The notes under the pieces: generated by a model
What the model saw: the letters and a program-made list of their open reading frames with translations, nothing else
Database searches by the model: none
What the model was told of the DNA's origin: nothing
Part shown: in pieces, positions 1 to 8,463 of the stretch
How positions within the stretch are numbered: the first letter of the stretch is position 1
Layout of the letters: every line of letters begins with the position of its first letter
NCBI RefSeq assembly: GCF_000020025.1
Contig: NC_010633.1
Span: forward strand, 33,941 to 65,940
Reading direction: 5' to 3'
DNA length: 32,000 nucleotides
From: Nostoc punctiforme PCC 73102
GTDB taxonomy: Bacteria; Cyanobacteriota; Cyanobacteriia; Cyanobacteriales; Nostocaceae
Program-made: the position numbers and the translations under genes

Positions 1-33
1 TCTAATTTTGGAGAAAACATTGAAGAGTCAGAT

Positions 34-447
34 ATGAAAATTGAATTGCTTTCTCCGACAATGGAAAAAGAGGAATATGTAACCCAAACTGGGGCGGGTG
101 AGGCGGAACCCTTACCAGATAAGGAAATCTGGGGCGGTAACTGGGGCGAAACTGGGGCGGTTAGCTCCCAAAGTGGGGCGGGTAGCTCCCCAAGTTGTGC
201 GGAAAAGCTAGAAAGTGGTGCGGGTCAATCGGACTCTGTGCCATCTTCTTCTGATTCCAAGGTTTTAGCCTTTGAAGCGATCGCTTGTATCTTGGAATCC
301 CCTAATCCAAGTTGGGAGGTAATCAAGGATATTTTGAGCGAAATGGAAATCTCTTCTTATTTAGAACTGCACGGGTTTTTGACCTTGGGTGAATTCGCGC
401 AACTTGAGATGCTAATACCAGCCGCCGAGAGGGAGGTTGATCTTTAG
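34..447 (+). CDS. hypothetical protein with a Gly/Ala/Ser-rich N-terminal half
   Basis: ATG-initiated 137-aa ORF with no domain I recognise. Residues ~18-65 are low complexity (TGAGEA..WGGNWGETGAVSSQSGAGSSPS..SGAGQS), encoded by about six degenerate copies of CTGGGGCGG at 88-224. Confidence 0.4.
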   Translation: MKIELLSPTMEKEEYVTQTGAGEAEPLPDKEIWGGNWGETGAVSSQSGAGSSPSCAEKLESGAGQSDSVPSSSDSKVLAFEAIACILESPNPSWEVIKDILSEMEISSYLELHGFLTLGEFAQLEMLIPAAEREVDL

Positions 448-545
448 TACTACAAGAGGGACTGTCACGGTGATGCCCAATACGAGAGTCAGCCCTGACT
501 GGCGCTCACGTCAAATTAAGGTTTTGGGGCGGTTAGGCGAACTTC

Positions 546-574
546 TTGACAAAATATCACCCCAGATATACATT
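546..574 (+). promoter_or_regulatory. possible sigma70-type promoter for the 698-1144 gene
   Basis: TTGACA (546-551), a 17-bp spacer, then TACATT (569-574), about 124 nt upstream of the ATG. This is a sequence-only guess. Confidence 0.25.
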
Positions 575-697
575 GCTGAAACTATTACTATAAAAGGATT
601 ACAGCCTTAACGAACAATTTCCCCGTTTCGGTGATCGCTTCAATAGGCGATCATACAAATTATCCGAAAGTACTAAACTTCAACCATCAATACTACC

Positions 698-1144
698 ATG
701 CTCAAACTATTGCCCAAATTTTCAATTGGGATCGCAACTGCTGCTCTTACCACTGGTGTAATTGCAACAAGTCTTGCCCAAAACTCTACTGTTAGCTATG
801 ACTTCACAATCAATGTGACCAAAGGCTCGTTAGCAGGCAAATCGTTCAATGGCAGCTTCAGCTACGATAACTCGACCTTAAAAGGCATTGGAGTTGAAGA
901 GTTGGGAGTTAATCAGGGATTAAAGGCTTGTTTTAACTATCTTGGACGTAACTATAGCGAGAGTAATGATCGTGACTATCCTACGTTCCCGAAACTAGTT
1001 TTTGAGAATGGCAAAATCAAACAACTAGACTTTTGGTTACAACCAGAAAAGCGCGTTGTCTGGTGGAATTTACCTGGATGGGAAGTTAAGTATTCCCAGC
1101 GTCAAGCTTCTACCCCTACCATTCTAAATTGCCAAAAACGCTAA
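698..1144 (+). CDS. secreted hypothetical protein with an N-terminal signal peptide
   Basis: 148-aa ORF. The N-terminus MLKLLPKFSIGIATAALTTGVIATSLAQ looks like a Sec signal peptide with an A-x-A-type cleavage site. The mature part is rich in Asn/Ser/Thr and I recognise no domain. Confidence 0.6.
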   Translation: MLKLLPKFSIGIATAALTTGVIATSLAQNSTVSYDFTINVTKGSLAGKSFNGSFSYDNSTLKGIGVEELGVNQGLKACFNYLGRNYSESNDRDYPTFPKLVFENGKIKQLDFWLQPEKRVVWWNLPGWEVKYSQRQASTPTILNCQKR

Positions 1145-1150
1145 AGCGAT

Positions 1151-1220
1151 ACCTACGGTGAGCTACGCTAACGCACTTTATTGGTAGTGCCAGCGTAGGC
1201 GCAGCCCGTCGTAGACACTG
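1151..1220. repeat. GC-rich short dispersed repeat / hairpin of the Nostoc intergenic type
   Basis: CTACGCT (1163-1169) and AGCGTAG (1192-1198) form an inverted pair, followed by GGCGCAGCCCGTCGTAGACA. From memory, this motif class resembles repeats scattered in Nostoc/Anabaena intergenic DNA. I did not search for copies. Confidence 0.3.
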
Positions 1221-1389
1221 ACTTTTCCCGTTAAGTCTTAAAAGGCTTGCTCACAAAGGATTTAGGAAACAGCATAGCAGATATGGTACAGTAATTGAAA
1301 TTGGGTGCTAAAGGTGACGAGCAATGCTGGACTAATAGGAGAAATCGCCCCAAGTATCATCATAAAAGCTCACTGCCTTATCATTAGTG

Positions 1390-2415
1390 TCAACCGAGTA
1401 AAATTTTACTTTTTTGCTTACGGCTCAGTAGCTTGCTTGCTCCTAGCGTAGCCCCAAATGCCAACACAGCTAGCGTCATTCTAGGTTCAGGAATAATAGT
1501 GTTGTCTTCAGTGAAAGCTAAAAAGCCAGCCCCATTTAATCCACCTCGACCGGCAGGGATAAAGGTGTCAATAAATGCTCCTGTCTTGCCGTCGTAACGC
1601 AACACGTTGTTACTATTTAAGCCACTAACATAGAGGTTTCCATCAGGGCCGAAGACTGGCTTGAGAGGATCGTTAAGTCCTCCACTGCCAGCAGGAATAA
1701 AGGTGTCAATAAAAGCTCCTGTTTTTCCATTAAAGCGCGAAATATTGTTACTCACAAAGTTAGCAACATATAGATTGCCATCTGCTCCAAAGGTCAAACC
1801 ACCAGGTTCTGAACCTTTTGCCTCTGTAGCAAAAGTGTCAATAAAAGCTCCTGTTTGTCCGTTGTAGCGAAGAATATTATCCGTTAGAACACTACTGACG
1901 TAGAGGTTATTGTCTGAACCAAAGCTCAAACCAAAAGGTGCAGTGAGTCCGCCGCTACTTGAAGGAACAAAAGTATCAATAAAAGCTCCTGTTTGTCCGT
2001 TGTAGCGGAGAACACTATTACTAGTGCGGCTGTTAATACTGGTAACGTAGAGGTTGCCATCAGGCCCAAAAACTAAGTCTTCAGGTGCATCTAGTCCACC
2101 ACTACCAGAAGGAACAAAGGTACTAATGAAATTCCCTGTTTTTCCGTCGTAACGTTGGATACTACCGTTCAAAATACTGCTTACATAAAGATTATTATCC
2201 GGCCCAATAGTTAAACCAGTTGTTCCCTGTAGTCCTCCACTACCATTCGGAACGAATTCATCAATGAATTCTCCCGTTTTTTCTTCGTAGCGTAGGACGG
2301 AGTTATTGTTATAACTCCCTACTAAAAGTGCTGCGTTAGCTCTTGGGGCTATCCACCCTAGCAATGCGAAGCTTATCAGTGGGACACCGATCTGACAAAA
2401 ATTGAAAAACTTCAT
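1390..2415 (-). CDS. NHL-repeat six-bladed beta-propeller protein with signal peptide and C-terminal PEP-CTERM sorting signal
   Basis: 341 aa. N-terminal signal (MKFFNFCQIGVPLISFALLGWIAPRANA). Six repeats of ~45 aa of the form Y(N/D)GKTGAFIDTF(I/V)P.GSGGL..P..L.FGPDGNLYVS. The C-terminus is IPEPRMTLAVLAFGATLGASKLLSRKQKSK, i.e. a PEP motif, a TM helix and a basic tail. The repeats are also visible as a ~135-140-bp DNA periodicity (GTGTCAATAAAAGCTCCTGT...). Confidence 0.85.
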   Translation of the reverse strand: MKFFNFCQIGVPLISFALLGWIAPRANAALLVGSYNNNSVLRYEEKTGEFIDEFVPNGSGGLQGTTGLTIGPDNNLYVSSILNGSIQRYDGKTGNFISTFVPSGSGGLDAPEDLVFGPDGNLYVTSINSRTSNSVLRYNGQTGAFIDTFVPSSSGGLTAPFGLSFGSDNNLYVSSVLTDNILRYNGQTGAFIDTFATEAKGSEPGGLTFGADGNLYVANFVSNNISRFNGKTGAFIDTFIPAGSGGLNDPLKPVFGPDGNLYVSGLNSNNVLRYDGKTGAFIDTFIPAGRGGLNGAGFLAFTEDNTIIPEPRMTLAVLAFGATLGASKLLSRKQKSKILLG

Positions 2416-2889
2416 AATTTTGTTAGCTAACAGAACTATAATTACTTAGTATACTTAATCATACATTCGTAACATTTCTGTTATTAATTCAAGTTGCTAG
2501 TTACGCAGATAAGCAATCTTGAAAAAGAGAGAGTATAGATTTATTTTTGTCAATATGTCTATCAGTAGAAATAAATCTACTAACACAATATAGGACTCAT
2601 ATTTGATTTTTGAAAAAAGGTAAAGGGAAAAAACCTTATATATCGAGCCTTCCAAAACTACGATATTGGCTTAAGGGGGCAATACTTGGGTCATAGTGGC
2701 AGCATAGTGCAAAGGGTGAAATGAGCAGTGATACCCCTGACTGTCTTATTGTTATATCCTTTATTCCAAATAAGCAGAGGAAACTGGACAAAGGGAAAGA
2801 CACAGACAAAATTCTGTCACTGGTGAATGAGGAATTCTGTATTTTTTCATCCTTATGCTATTCGTGCAAGAGGTCTATTTATCAGTCGT

Positions 2890-2931
2890 CCAATACCCAA
2901 TACCCAATGCCCAATGCCCCATGCCTAATCG
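2890..2931. repeat. tandem heptanucleotide (STRR-like) tract
   Basis: Six tandem units decaying rightward: CCAATAC CCAATAC CCAATGC CCAATGC CCCATGC CTAATCG. The tract abuts and overlaps the stop codon (2925-2927) of the minus-strand substrate-binding gene. Confidence 0.6.
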
Positions 2932-4100
2932 GTTACTTTCAATTCATAAAGATTCCAAAATGGGCCACCAAGAGCAGTATATTGAATTCCTTGGAAGCGA
3001 TCGCGCACTGCTTGCAGATTCAACCCCTCCACTAAATGAATAAAAGGCAACTGTTCTGAGGCAATGCGCTGATATTCATAATAAATTTCCTTGCGCTTGT
3101 TTTCATCCAATACCTGTGCGCCTTTAATGTAAAGCTTGTCAATTTCCTTTTCCCAGTCGGAAACTTCCCAGCCAGTCATGGGTGGATCTCCCGGTTGTGG
3201 CCCCAAATTAAATGCGTGGGATGCACCGGCAATTCTCCATATTTTGCTAGCGCTGTGAGGTTCAATACCGCCTCCAGCAAATCCTCCCAGGTAACAATCC
3301 CAATTATGCGTCACTTTGAGTTTTTCTAGATAAGAATTAAAGCTGAGAATTTGCAAATCTACTTGAATCCCAATATTACCGAGATCCCGTTTGATTTGAG
3401 ATGCCATATCTCCTCTAACTTTTCTTTCAGAATTAGTTAAGATTGTAAATCTTACTCTGTTACCATCAGCATCTAAAAGCTGATTTTGGGCATTATATTT
3501 GAACCCAGCTTGTAACAGCAATTTCTTCGATTTATCTGGTTCACAATTATATACCTTTAACCCTTTTTCTGGAGGCAAGAAATAGGGACTTTTGACATAA
3601 ACAAATGAATTTTGTAGTTCACCCAGTCCTCGATAAACATTTGTTTTCATGGTTTCGCGGTCGATGGCGTAGGCTATAGCTTGCCTGAATTCCTTTTTAT
3701 TAAACCACCTAGATTTGATTGGGTCTACAAAAGGATTACCCTGAGAATTCTTAGCTTTACTCAGATTAAAAGCAATAAAACCTGTACTTGTATCTGGGCC
3801 ACCATTATAAATTTCAAACTTCGCCCGTTTTTCTTCTCGCTTCAACAAACTAAAACCTTCAGGAGGAACTTCTAAATTATCCAACTGCCCAGAGCGAAAA
3901 CTAATTAACTGATTTTCAGTAGATTCAATAATTTGCCAAACAATACGCTCAATGTAAGGCTGAGAATTGCCCTGAGCATCTTTGCGCCAGTAATATGGAT
4001 TACGCCGAAATATAACTCGCTGACTGGAAACGTAACTTTCCATAATATATCGCGTAAACCGGACACTACCAGCGAGAATAAATGAGGTTGCCACCCCCAA
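2925..4100 (-). pseudogene. ABC transporter substrate-binding protein, family 5 (peptide/nickel type), 5'-truncated
   Basis: Family-typical motifs are present (RRNPYYWRKD, FRQAIAYAIDRETM) and the C-terminus looks complete. Only ~375 homologous residues remain, whereas this family normally has ~150-200 more N-terminal residues including a signal peptide. Homology fades at ~4060-4100, exactly where the plus-strand recombinase gene begins. The annotated Met is probably fortuitous. Confidence 0.6.
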
Positions 4101-4684
4101 CTCGTCTACCCAACAAACATTACAGGTCTAGAGAATACCTTACACCAAGTGAAGTGCGATCTCTACTCGATGCTGCGCTCGATCGTAAAGCTCGTTATTC
4201 TCACCGTGATTATACACTGATGTTGCTCATGTTTCGCCACGGTCTGAGGGTGGGGGAAGCTGTAGGGGCTAAGTGCGGTTTAAGGTGGGATGCAGTAATG
4301 TGGGGCGAACGTCAGATTTTTATCACTAGGGAAAAAGGCAGTGACTCTGGGGTGCATCCCTTGAGAGACGATGAATTAGTTCTCCTCAAAGAACTCAGAG
4401 AGATGTTGCCTGATAGCAAATATATTTTCGTTTCCGAACGCGGTGAGGTGATGTCCACTGATGCAGTGCGAAAGCTGCTTGGGCGGCTGGCGGCACAGGC
4501 TGGACTTGATATCAAAGTTCACTGTCACATGATGCGCCATGCCTGCGGCTACTATCTGGTGAATCAGGGTTACAACACCAGAGAAATCCAAGACTTTCTG
4601 GGACACCGCGATATCAAACATACTGAAAAATATACCAAGCTGAATGCTCGACGCTTCCTTAATTTTGATTGGGGCGATTTGTAA
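4082..4684 (+). CDS. small (200-aa) tyrosine recombinase of FimB/FimE size class
   Basis: Catalytic signature is visible: R in LMFRHGLRVGEA, H-x-x-R in HMMRHACGY, and box II LGHRDIKHTEKYTKL with the nucleophile Tyr. There is no separate long N-terminal SAM-like arm domain, as in FimB/FimE-size enzymes. Confidence 0.85.
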   Translation: MRLPPPTRLPNKHYRSREYLTPSEVRSLLDAALDRKARYSHRDYTLMLLMFRHGLRVGEAVGAKCGLRWDAVMWGERQIFITREKGSDSGVHPLRDDELVLLKELREMLPDSKYIFVSERGEVMSTDAVRKLLGRLAAQAGLDIKVHCHMMRHACGYYLVNQGYNTREIQDFLGHRDIKHTEKYTKLNARRFLNFDWGDL

Positions 4685-4916
4685 AAACTTGTGAAAATTT
4701 TCTTCATAAAAAGAACAAAACAGAATAATTAAGGCTTTTGTTAGACAAATGTATTATGCTATGTTGTGCTAGTTAACTTAATTTGGCATAAAAGGGTATT
4801 AAATATCTTAATTTTTGGTTGTTTTATTTAATAAATTAGTAAATATTAAACCTGCTAATTGCATTTAGTTAAATAAATTAGCAATTTTTCAGAGTTAATC
4901 TAAATGAGGTAATGAG

Positions 4917-5966
4917 ATGCAAACCTTTCAACTAATTGAAGATTTTGAGTTTTTACAAAAATTGCTAGAAAAAGACGAGAATAAATTAGTATTTGAATGG
5001 CTGTTTTTTTTGGCAGATTCAGAAATAAATGAAATTTTGAAATCAATTGGAGATTCTATTGACGAAGGAAATAAGGGATCTGTCGGCAGCGCTCAACTCT
5101 ATACAAGAAGTTTGATCAACCAAATAAAATTACGTATAAAACCTAAAGTTTTTTTTAGCTCATTTGAAATACTACAAAAAGATTACATTTCATTTCTAAA
5201 AACAATAAACCCAAATAGTGAAATAGAAAGTTATATTCGTTCTCAGTTTTCCCTATTAGAAGAGGCATACGAAAGATTTATTGATAATTATGATTATAAT
5301 TCAACTGTCAATTTAATTACTTGTGCAAAAGTTCTTGTAAATATCCTATCTACTTTTAACGAAGTTAATAGTTTTCTCATTAAAAATCTTCAACAAACTT
5401 ATGATTTTGAACTTGATGAAACTTTAAATTCTTTTTCTCTTTTTATAGATTCTGATTATACATTTAAAGAATTTATACAAAAACTAGAAGCTATTCAAGC
5501 ACTGTATTCAGAATTATGCTTTCTTTATGATATTTCTGAGGTTGATTTTCCTCTAAGAATAATTAAGATAGAATCTGGGAGTTTATGGGTTAAAATCTTT
5601 GGAGAATCTCGAGTTATAGAGACAATTGTATCTTTAATAAAAGACGCTAAGGAATATGGCTATAGAAACTTAACTAAAGAGGGAAAGATTGAAGCAGAGC
5701 AGCAAAATTTTAAAGCTATAGAATCAGCTTTAGAACTTAGAAAAAAGTTACAGGAAGCTAACATTGATGTTGAAGAATTTGATGAAAAAATAAAAAAAAG
5801 TTCTATTGTAATCATAAACAATCTTAATACTCTTTTGTCTGGTGAAAAGAAAATAAAACTAAATGGTGAATTAATAGAATCAGATGACACAACTCAAAAA
5901 CTTTTAAAAGGCAGTAACAGATATTTACTTGAAGGTTCCAAAGATGCTACAGAGGACAATGAGTAG
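4917..5966 (+). CDS. hypothetical protein, AT-rich orphan with coiled-coil-like C-terminal third
   Basis: 349-aa uninterrupted ORF in DNA of roughly 25-28% GC by hand count, versus ~40% in neighbours. Preceded by GAGGTAATGAG just before the ATG, a possible SD. I recognise no domain. The C-terminal segment EAEQQNFKAIESALELRKKLQEANIDVEEFDEKIKK looks coiled-coil. Confidence 0.6.
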   Translation: MQTFQLIEDFEFLQKLLEKDENKLVFEWLFFLADSEINEILKSIGDSIDEGNKGSVGSAQLYTRSLINQIKLRIKPKVFFSSFEILQKDYISFLKTINPNSEIESYIRSQFSLLEEAYERFIDNYDYNSTVNLITCAKVLVNILSTFNEVNSFLIKNLQQTYDFELDETLNSFSLFIDSDYTFKEFIQKLEAIQALYSELCFLYDISEVDFPLRIIKIESGSLWVKIFGESRVIETIVSLIKDAKEYGYRNLTKEGKIEAEQQNFKAIESALELRKKLQEANIDVEEFDEKIKKSSIVIINNLNTLLSGEKKIKLNGELIESDDTTQKLLKGSNRYLLEGSKDATEDNE

Positions 5967-6031
5967 CTTAACTAGAAATAATCAGGTGTCCAAACGTCGT
6001 AGGCTATGGATCACAGGGTCTACAGTCAACG

Positions 6032-6151
6032 ATGAAAATTAATCGGCATGGTCGCGCCAAGGTTCTTACACAATCAGAGATACAGCTAATTTTCAGTCAC
6101 GGCTTGGACAATGACCGTGATCGCGGTTTATGTCGGGATTTGATAGTTTGA
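6032..6151 (+). pseudogene. 5' stub of another small cyanobacterial tyrosine recombinase gene
   Basis: Encodes MKINRHGRAKVLTQSEIQLIFSHGLDNDRDR, then leaves the family pattern and stops after 39 codons. From memory, this N-terminus matches a ~190-220-aa integrase family common in Nostocales (MKINRHG.AK.LTQ.EIQLLF...RDR..F). Not searched. Confidence 0.4.
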
Positions 6152-6336
6152 CGACATCACACGAAAAGCGCCGACTGTAGAGCATTCAGTCCCAGATTAA
6201 CCTGCAAAAGCGCGATGGCGTACCCGCCCGCTGGAAGCGATCGCTCTGACGGCTAATGCTGGTAGATACAGTTGCTAATTCCCAGTACCAAGGTGTATGC
6301 TGTTACACAAACTGTCTGCCAGTCAGACCGCCGACT

Positions 6337-6951
6337 ATGACCAAACTAGACCGGGTACCAGTCGCCCAGCTTCCCGATAAATATGGGATTGTTAAATCTG
6401 TTATCTACGATCGGATCAATAGGTTAGGCATCAAGCCAACCAAAATCGGCAATAAGTCTTATGTCAGTGGAGAGCAGTTAGAGTTACTTGACCAGCTAGA
6501 TGCTCACATGAAAGCGGGTGGCAGCATGGCAGACTTTGCCGACCAATACGCCAGACAGTCCGGGGGTCAGTCTGAGCATTTTGATTCTGGCATAGAGTCT
6601 GCCAGTCAGCCTGACGGTCAGTTAACAGTCGCCGGACTAACCGCCAGTCAGTTCGGCCAACTTTCGCAAGTGATTGAAGGGTTAGTGACACGGCTGATTC
6701 CCGCCATTGTCCGCCAGCTTCCAGTATTGGCTTCTGACCCAGTTGCCCATTTGAGGGCATTGGAAGAAGCTTATAAAAATGGTTGGCTACTCAGCACTCG
6801 TGAACTGGCGACTTTACTAAAATTGTCTCCCTCTACAGTTTGTAGGTACGGTTCAAAGTTTGAAGACGCTGGTTTTGTGTTTACCAGGGCAGGACAAAGG
6901 AAGGGGGGAGAAGTGGCTTGGTCAGTTGGAAAACAGAGAAAATCTAAATAA
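6337..6951 (+). CDS. DNA-binding protein with two helix-turn-helix-like segments
   Basis: I prefer the ATG at 6337 (MTKLDRVPVAQL...) over the track start at 6256. The N-terminal segment YGIVKSVIYDRINRLGIKPTKIGNKSYV and the C-terminal segment LLSTRELATLLKLSPSTVCRYGSKF both look like MerR/excisionase-type HTH. A Gln/Ser/Gly-rich linker lies between them. Confidence 0.55.
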   Translation: MTKLDRVPVAQLPDKYGIVKSVIYDRINRLGIKPTKIGNKSYVSGEQLELLDQLDAHMKAGGSMADFADQYARQSGGQSEHFDSGIESASQPDGQLTVAGLTASQFGQLSQVIEGLVTRLIPAIVRQLPVLASDPVAHLRALEEAYKNGWLLSTRELATLLKLSPSTVCRYGSKFEDAGFVFTRAGQRKGGEVAWSVGKQRKSK

Positions 6952-7073
6952 GTATTAATTGTGGTCGTTAAACAAATTACTCGTGCTTATAAAAAAAACT
7001 GTAAGCAGATTTCGAGTACTTTGTTCATCCTCCACTAAAAGCACTGTGCTGATTTATCTTAATTAGTCAACGT

Positions 7074-7179
7074 CAGAGAAATCCAGGACTTTCTGGGACA
7101 CCGTGATATAAAAGACGCTGAAAAATACACCAAGCTAAATGCTCGACGCTTCCTGAATTTTGATTGGGGTAATTTATAG
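7074..7179 (+). pseudogene. displaced copy of the last 106 bp of the small tyrosine recombinase gene
   Basis: Hand alignment with 4579-4684 gives 93/106 identical bases in the same orientation, including the stop position. It encodes (R)EIQDFLGHRDIKDAEKYTKLNARRFLNFDWGNL* against ...HRDIKHTEKYTKLNARRFLNFDWGDL*. No upstream integrase sequence precedes it. Confidence 0.85.
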
Positions 7180-7250
7180 TATTCCATTTTTTATAATATA
7201 GTTAGCTATAATTAATATTAAAATTATCAATTTAAAATTGTAGATTTTTT

Positions 7251-8237
7251 ATGAAGTGCATTATATGTAAACAAGATAAGCCTAATGAAAATTTTAGTGA
7301 AGAGCATATATTTCCTGATAGTATTGGTGGAAATATTAAACTAAATTGTGTTTGCAAACTATGTAATGATTTTCTTGGACATTCAGTAGATTCATTTCTT
7401 GTTAATCATGATTTTGTTAAATTGTACCGTCTTATTTTAAAGATACCTGGAAAATCAGGAGAAATTCCAAATCCGTGGAAGGAAGTGTATCTTACTGAGA
7501 CTAACGAAAAAATTCAATTTATATTCGATAGGGATGGTAATCCTCAAGGACTAAAAACATTTACCAAAATTCAGAAAAATTATATAGATAATAAATTAGA
7601 ATTAAAAATCCAAGCTGACGCAAAAGATAAAGATATACTACCAGGAATTATTAATAAAAAATTAAGAAGAGATGGGTTAAATCAATTAACCGAAAAAGAA
7701 ATAGAAAAAATTATAAATCCTCAATCAATCATTAGATATCGACCACAGATTTATAAAAAATTTTCGATTGATTTATTTCTTTATAAACGTGCAATTATAA
7801 AAATTGCATATGAATTAGCTTATTATTATCTTGGTTCTACTTACCTAAATGATGAAATGGGGGAATTGTTGCGGTTGACTATTAAGGATAAATCTCCAGA
7901 AGGAAAGCAATTAACTAAATATCCAATTGATGCTTTTATTGAAATTTCAGGAACAATGTTATTTCCTTATTTTAAGAATGAACATGAGCATCATATTGCT
8001 ATAATAAAACGACATAAAGATTGTCTAAAGTGTTACATTAGTATTTTTGATGTTTTTCAAAGTATAATTACTGTTAGTAATGATGCAAATCTATATCAAA
8101 ATTTTAAAGATAAATTTATAGCAATTAATGCTAAAACAAGAAAATCACGACAATTAGAACTTGAAGAAGAACTTTTAAGGATAGCAAACGAAATATGTGG
8201 CACTACTTCTAGTTTTGAATTATCTGCTGATTTTTAA
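7251..8237 (+). CDS. HNH-motif nuclease domain protein with a large uncharacterised C-terminal region, AT-rich
   Basis: 328 aa. The N-terminus CIICKQ...SEEHIFPDSIGGN...CVCKLCN has the pattern CxxC - H - N - CxxCN of a beta-beta-alpha-metal HNH finger with two zinc knuckles. I do not recognise the remaining ~270 aa. GC is roughly 25-28% by hand count. Confidence 0.7.
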   Translation: MKCIICKQDKPNENFSEEHIFPDSIGGNIKLNCVCKLCNDFLGHSVDSFLVNHDFVKLYRLILKIPGKSGEIPNPWKEVYLTETNEKIQFIFDRDGNPQGLKTFTKIQKNYIDNKLELKIQADAKDKDILPGIINKKLRRDGLNQLTEKEIEKIINPQSIIRYRPQIYKKFSIDLFLYKRAIIKIAYELAYYYLGSTYLNDEMGELLRLTIKDKSPEGKQLTKYPIDAFIEISGTMLFPYFKNEHEHHIAIIKRHKDCLKCYISIFDVFQSIITVSNDANLYQNFKDKFIAINAKTRKSRQLELEEELLRIANEICGTTSSFELSADF

Positions 8238-8463
8238 ATGCAAAGATATAGGCATTACCGTGCCAGAAAAGGTTTTTTGTACGCTAAGAAAAATTATGAG
8301 CTACGACCGCGCAACGACTCTGCTCGGTCGGGGCTTTTTCTGCTTTGTATGGCTCGCGCGTCAAAGACATGAATGAAGCGAGAAGAGTTTGAGACTCTAA
8401 TTCCACGTAATGGCTCAAAGGTGTAATACGATTTCTTACTAAAGATGTTGTTCTTTAGGGTGG

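Noticed and set aside
2721-3043. Two plus-strand ORFs (104 and 62 aa) downstream of the substrate-binding gene
   Set aside because: They run through the heptamer repeat tract, translating to QYPIPNAQCPMPN-type repeat peptides, and run antisense into the 3' end of a well-supported gene.
1661-4621. Short ORFs antisense to the NHL gene, the substrate-binding gene and the integrase (1661-1867, 3681-3875, 4312-4515, 4376-4621)
   Set aside because: Each is fully nested antisense within a gene with strong homology-type support. None has independent features.
6256-6336. Upstream ATG start for the two-HTH protein
   Set aside because: The extra 27 residues (MLVDTVANSQYQGVCCYTNCLPVRPPT) are Cys-rich and unlike the rest. 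The ATG at 6337 begins a typical MTKLDR... N-terminus. This call is uncertain, and either start is possible.
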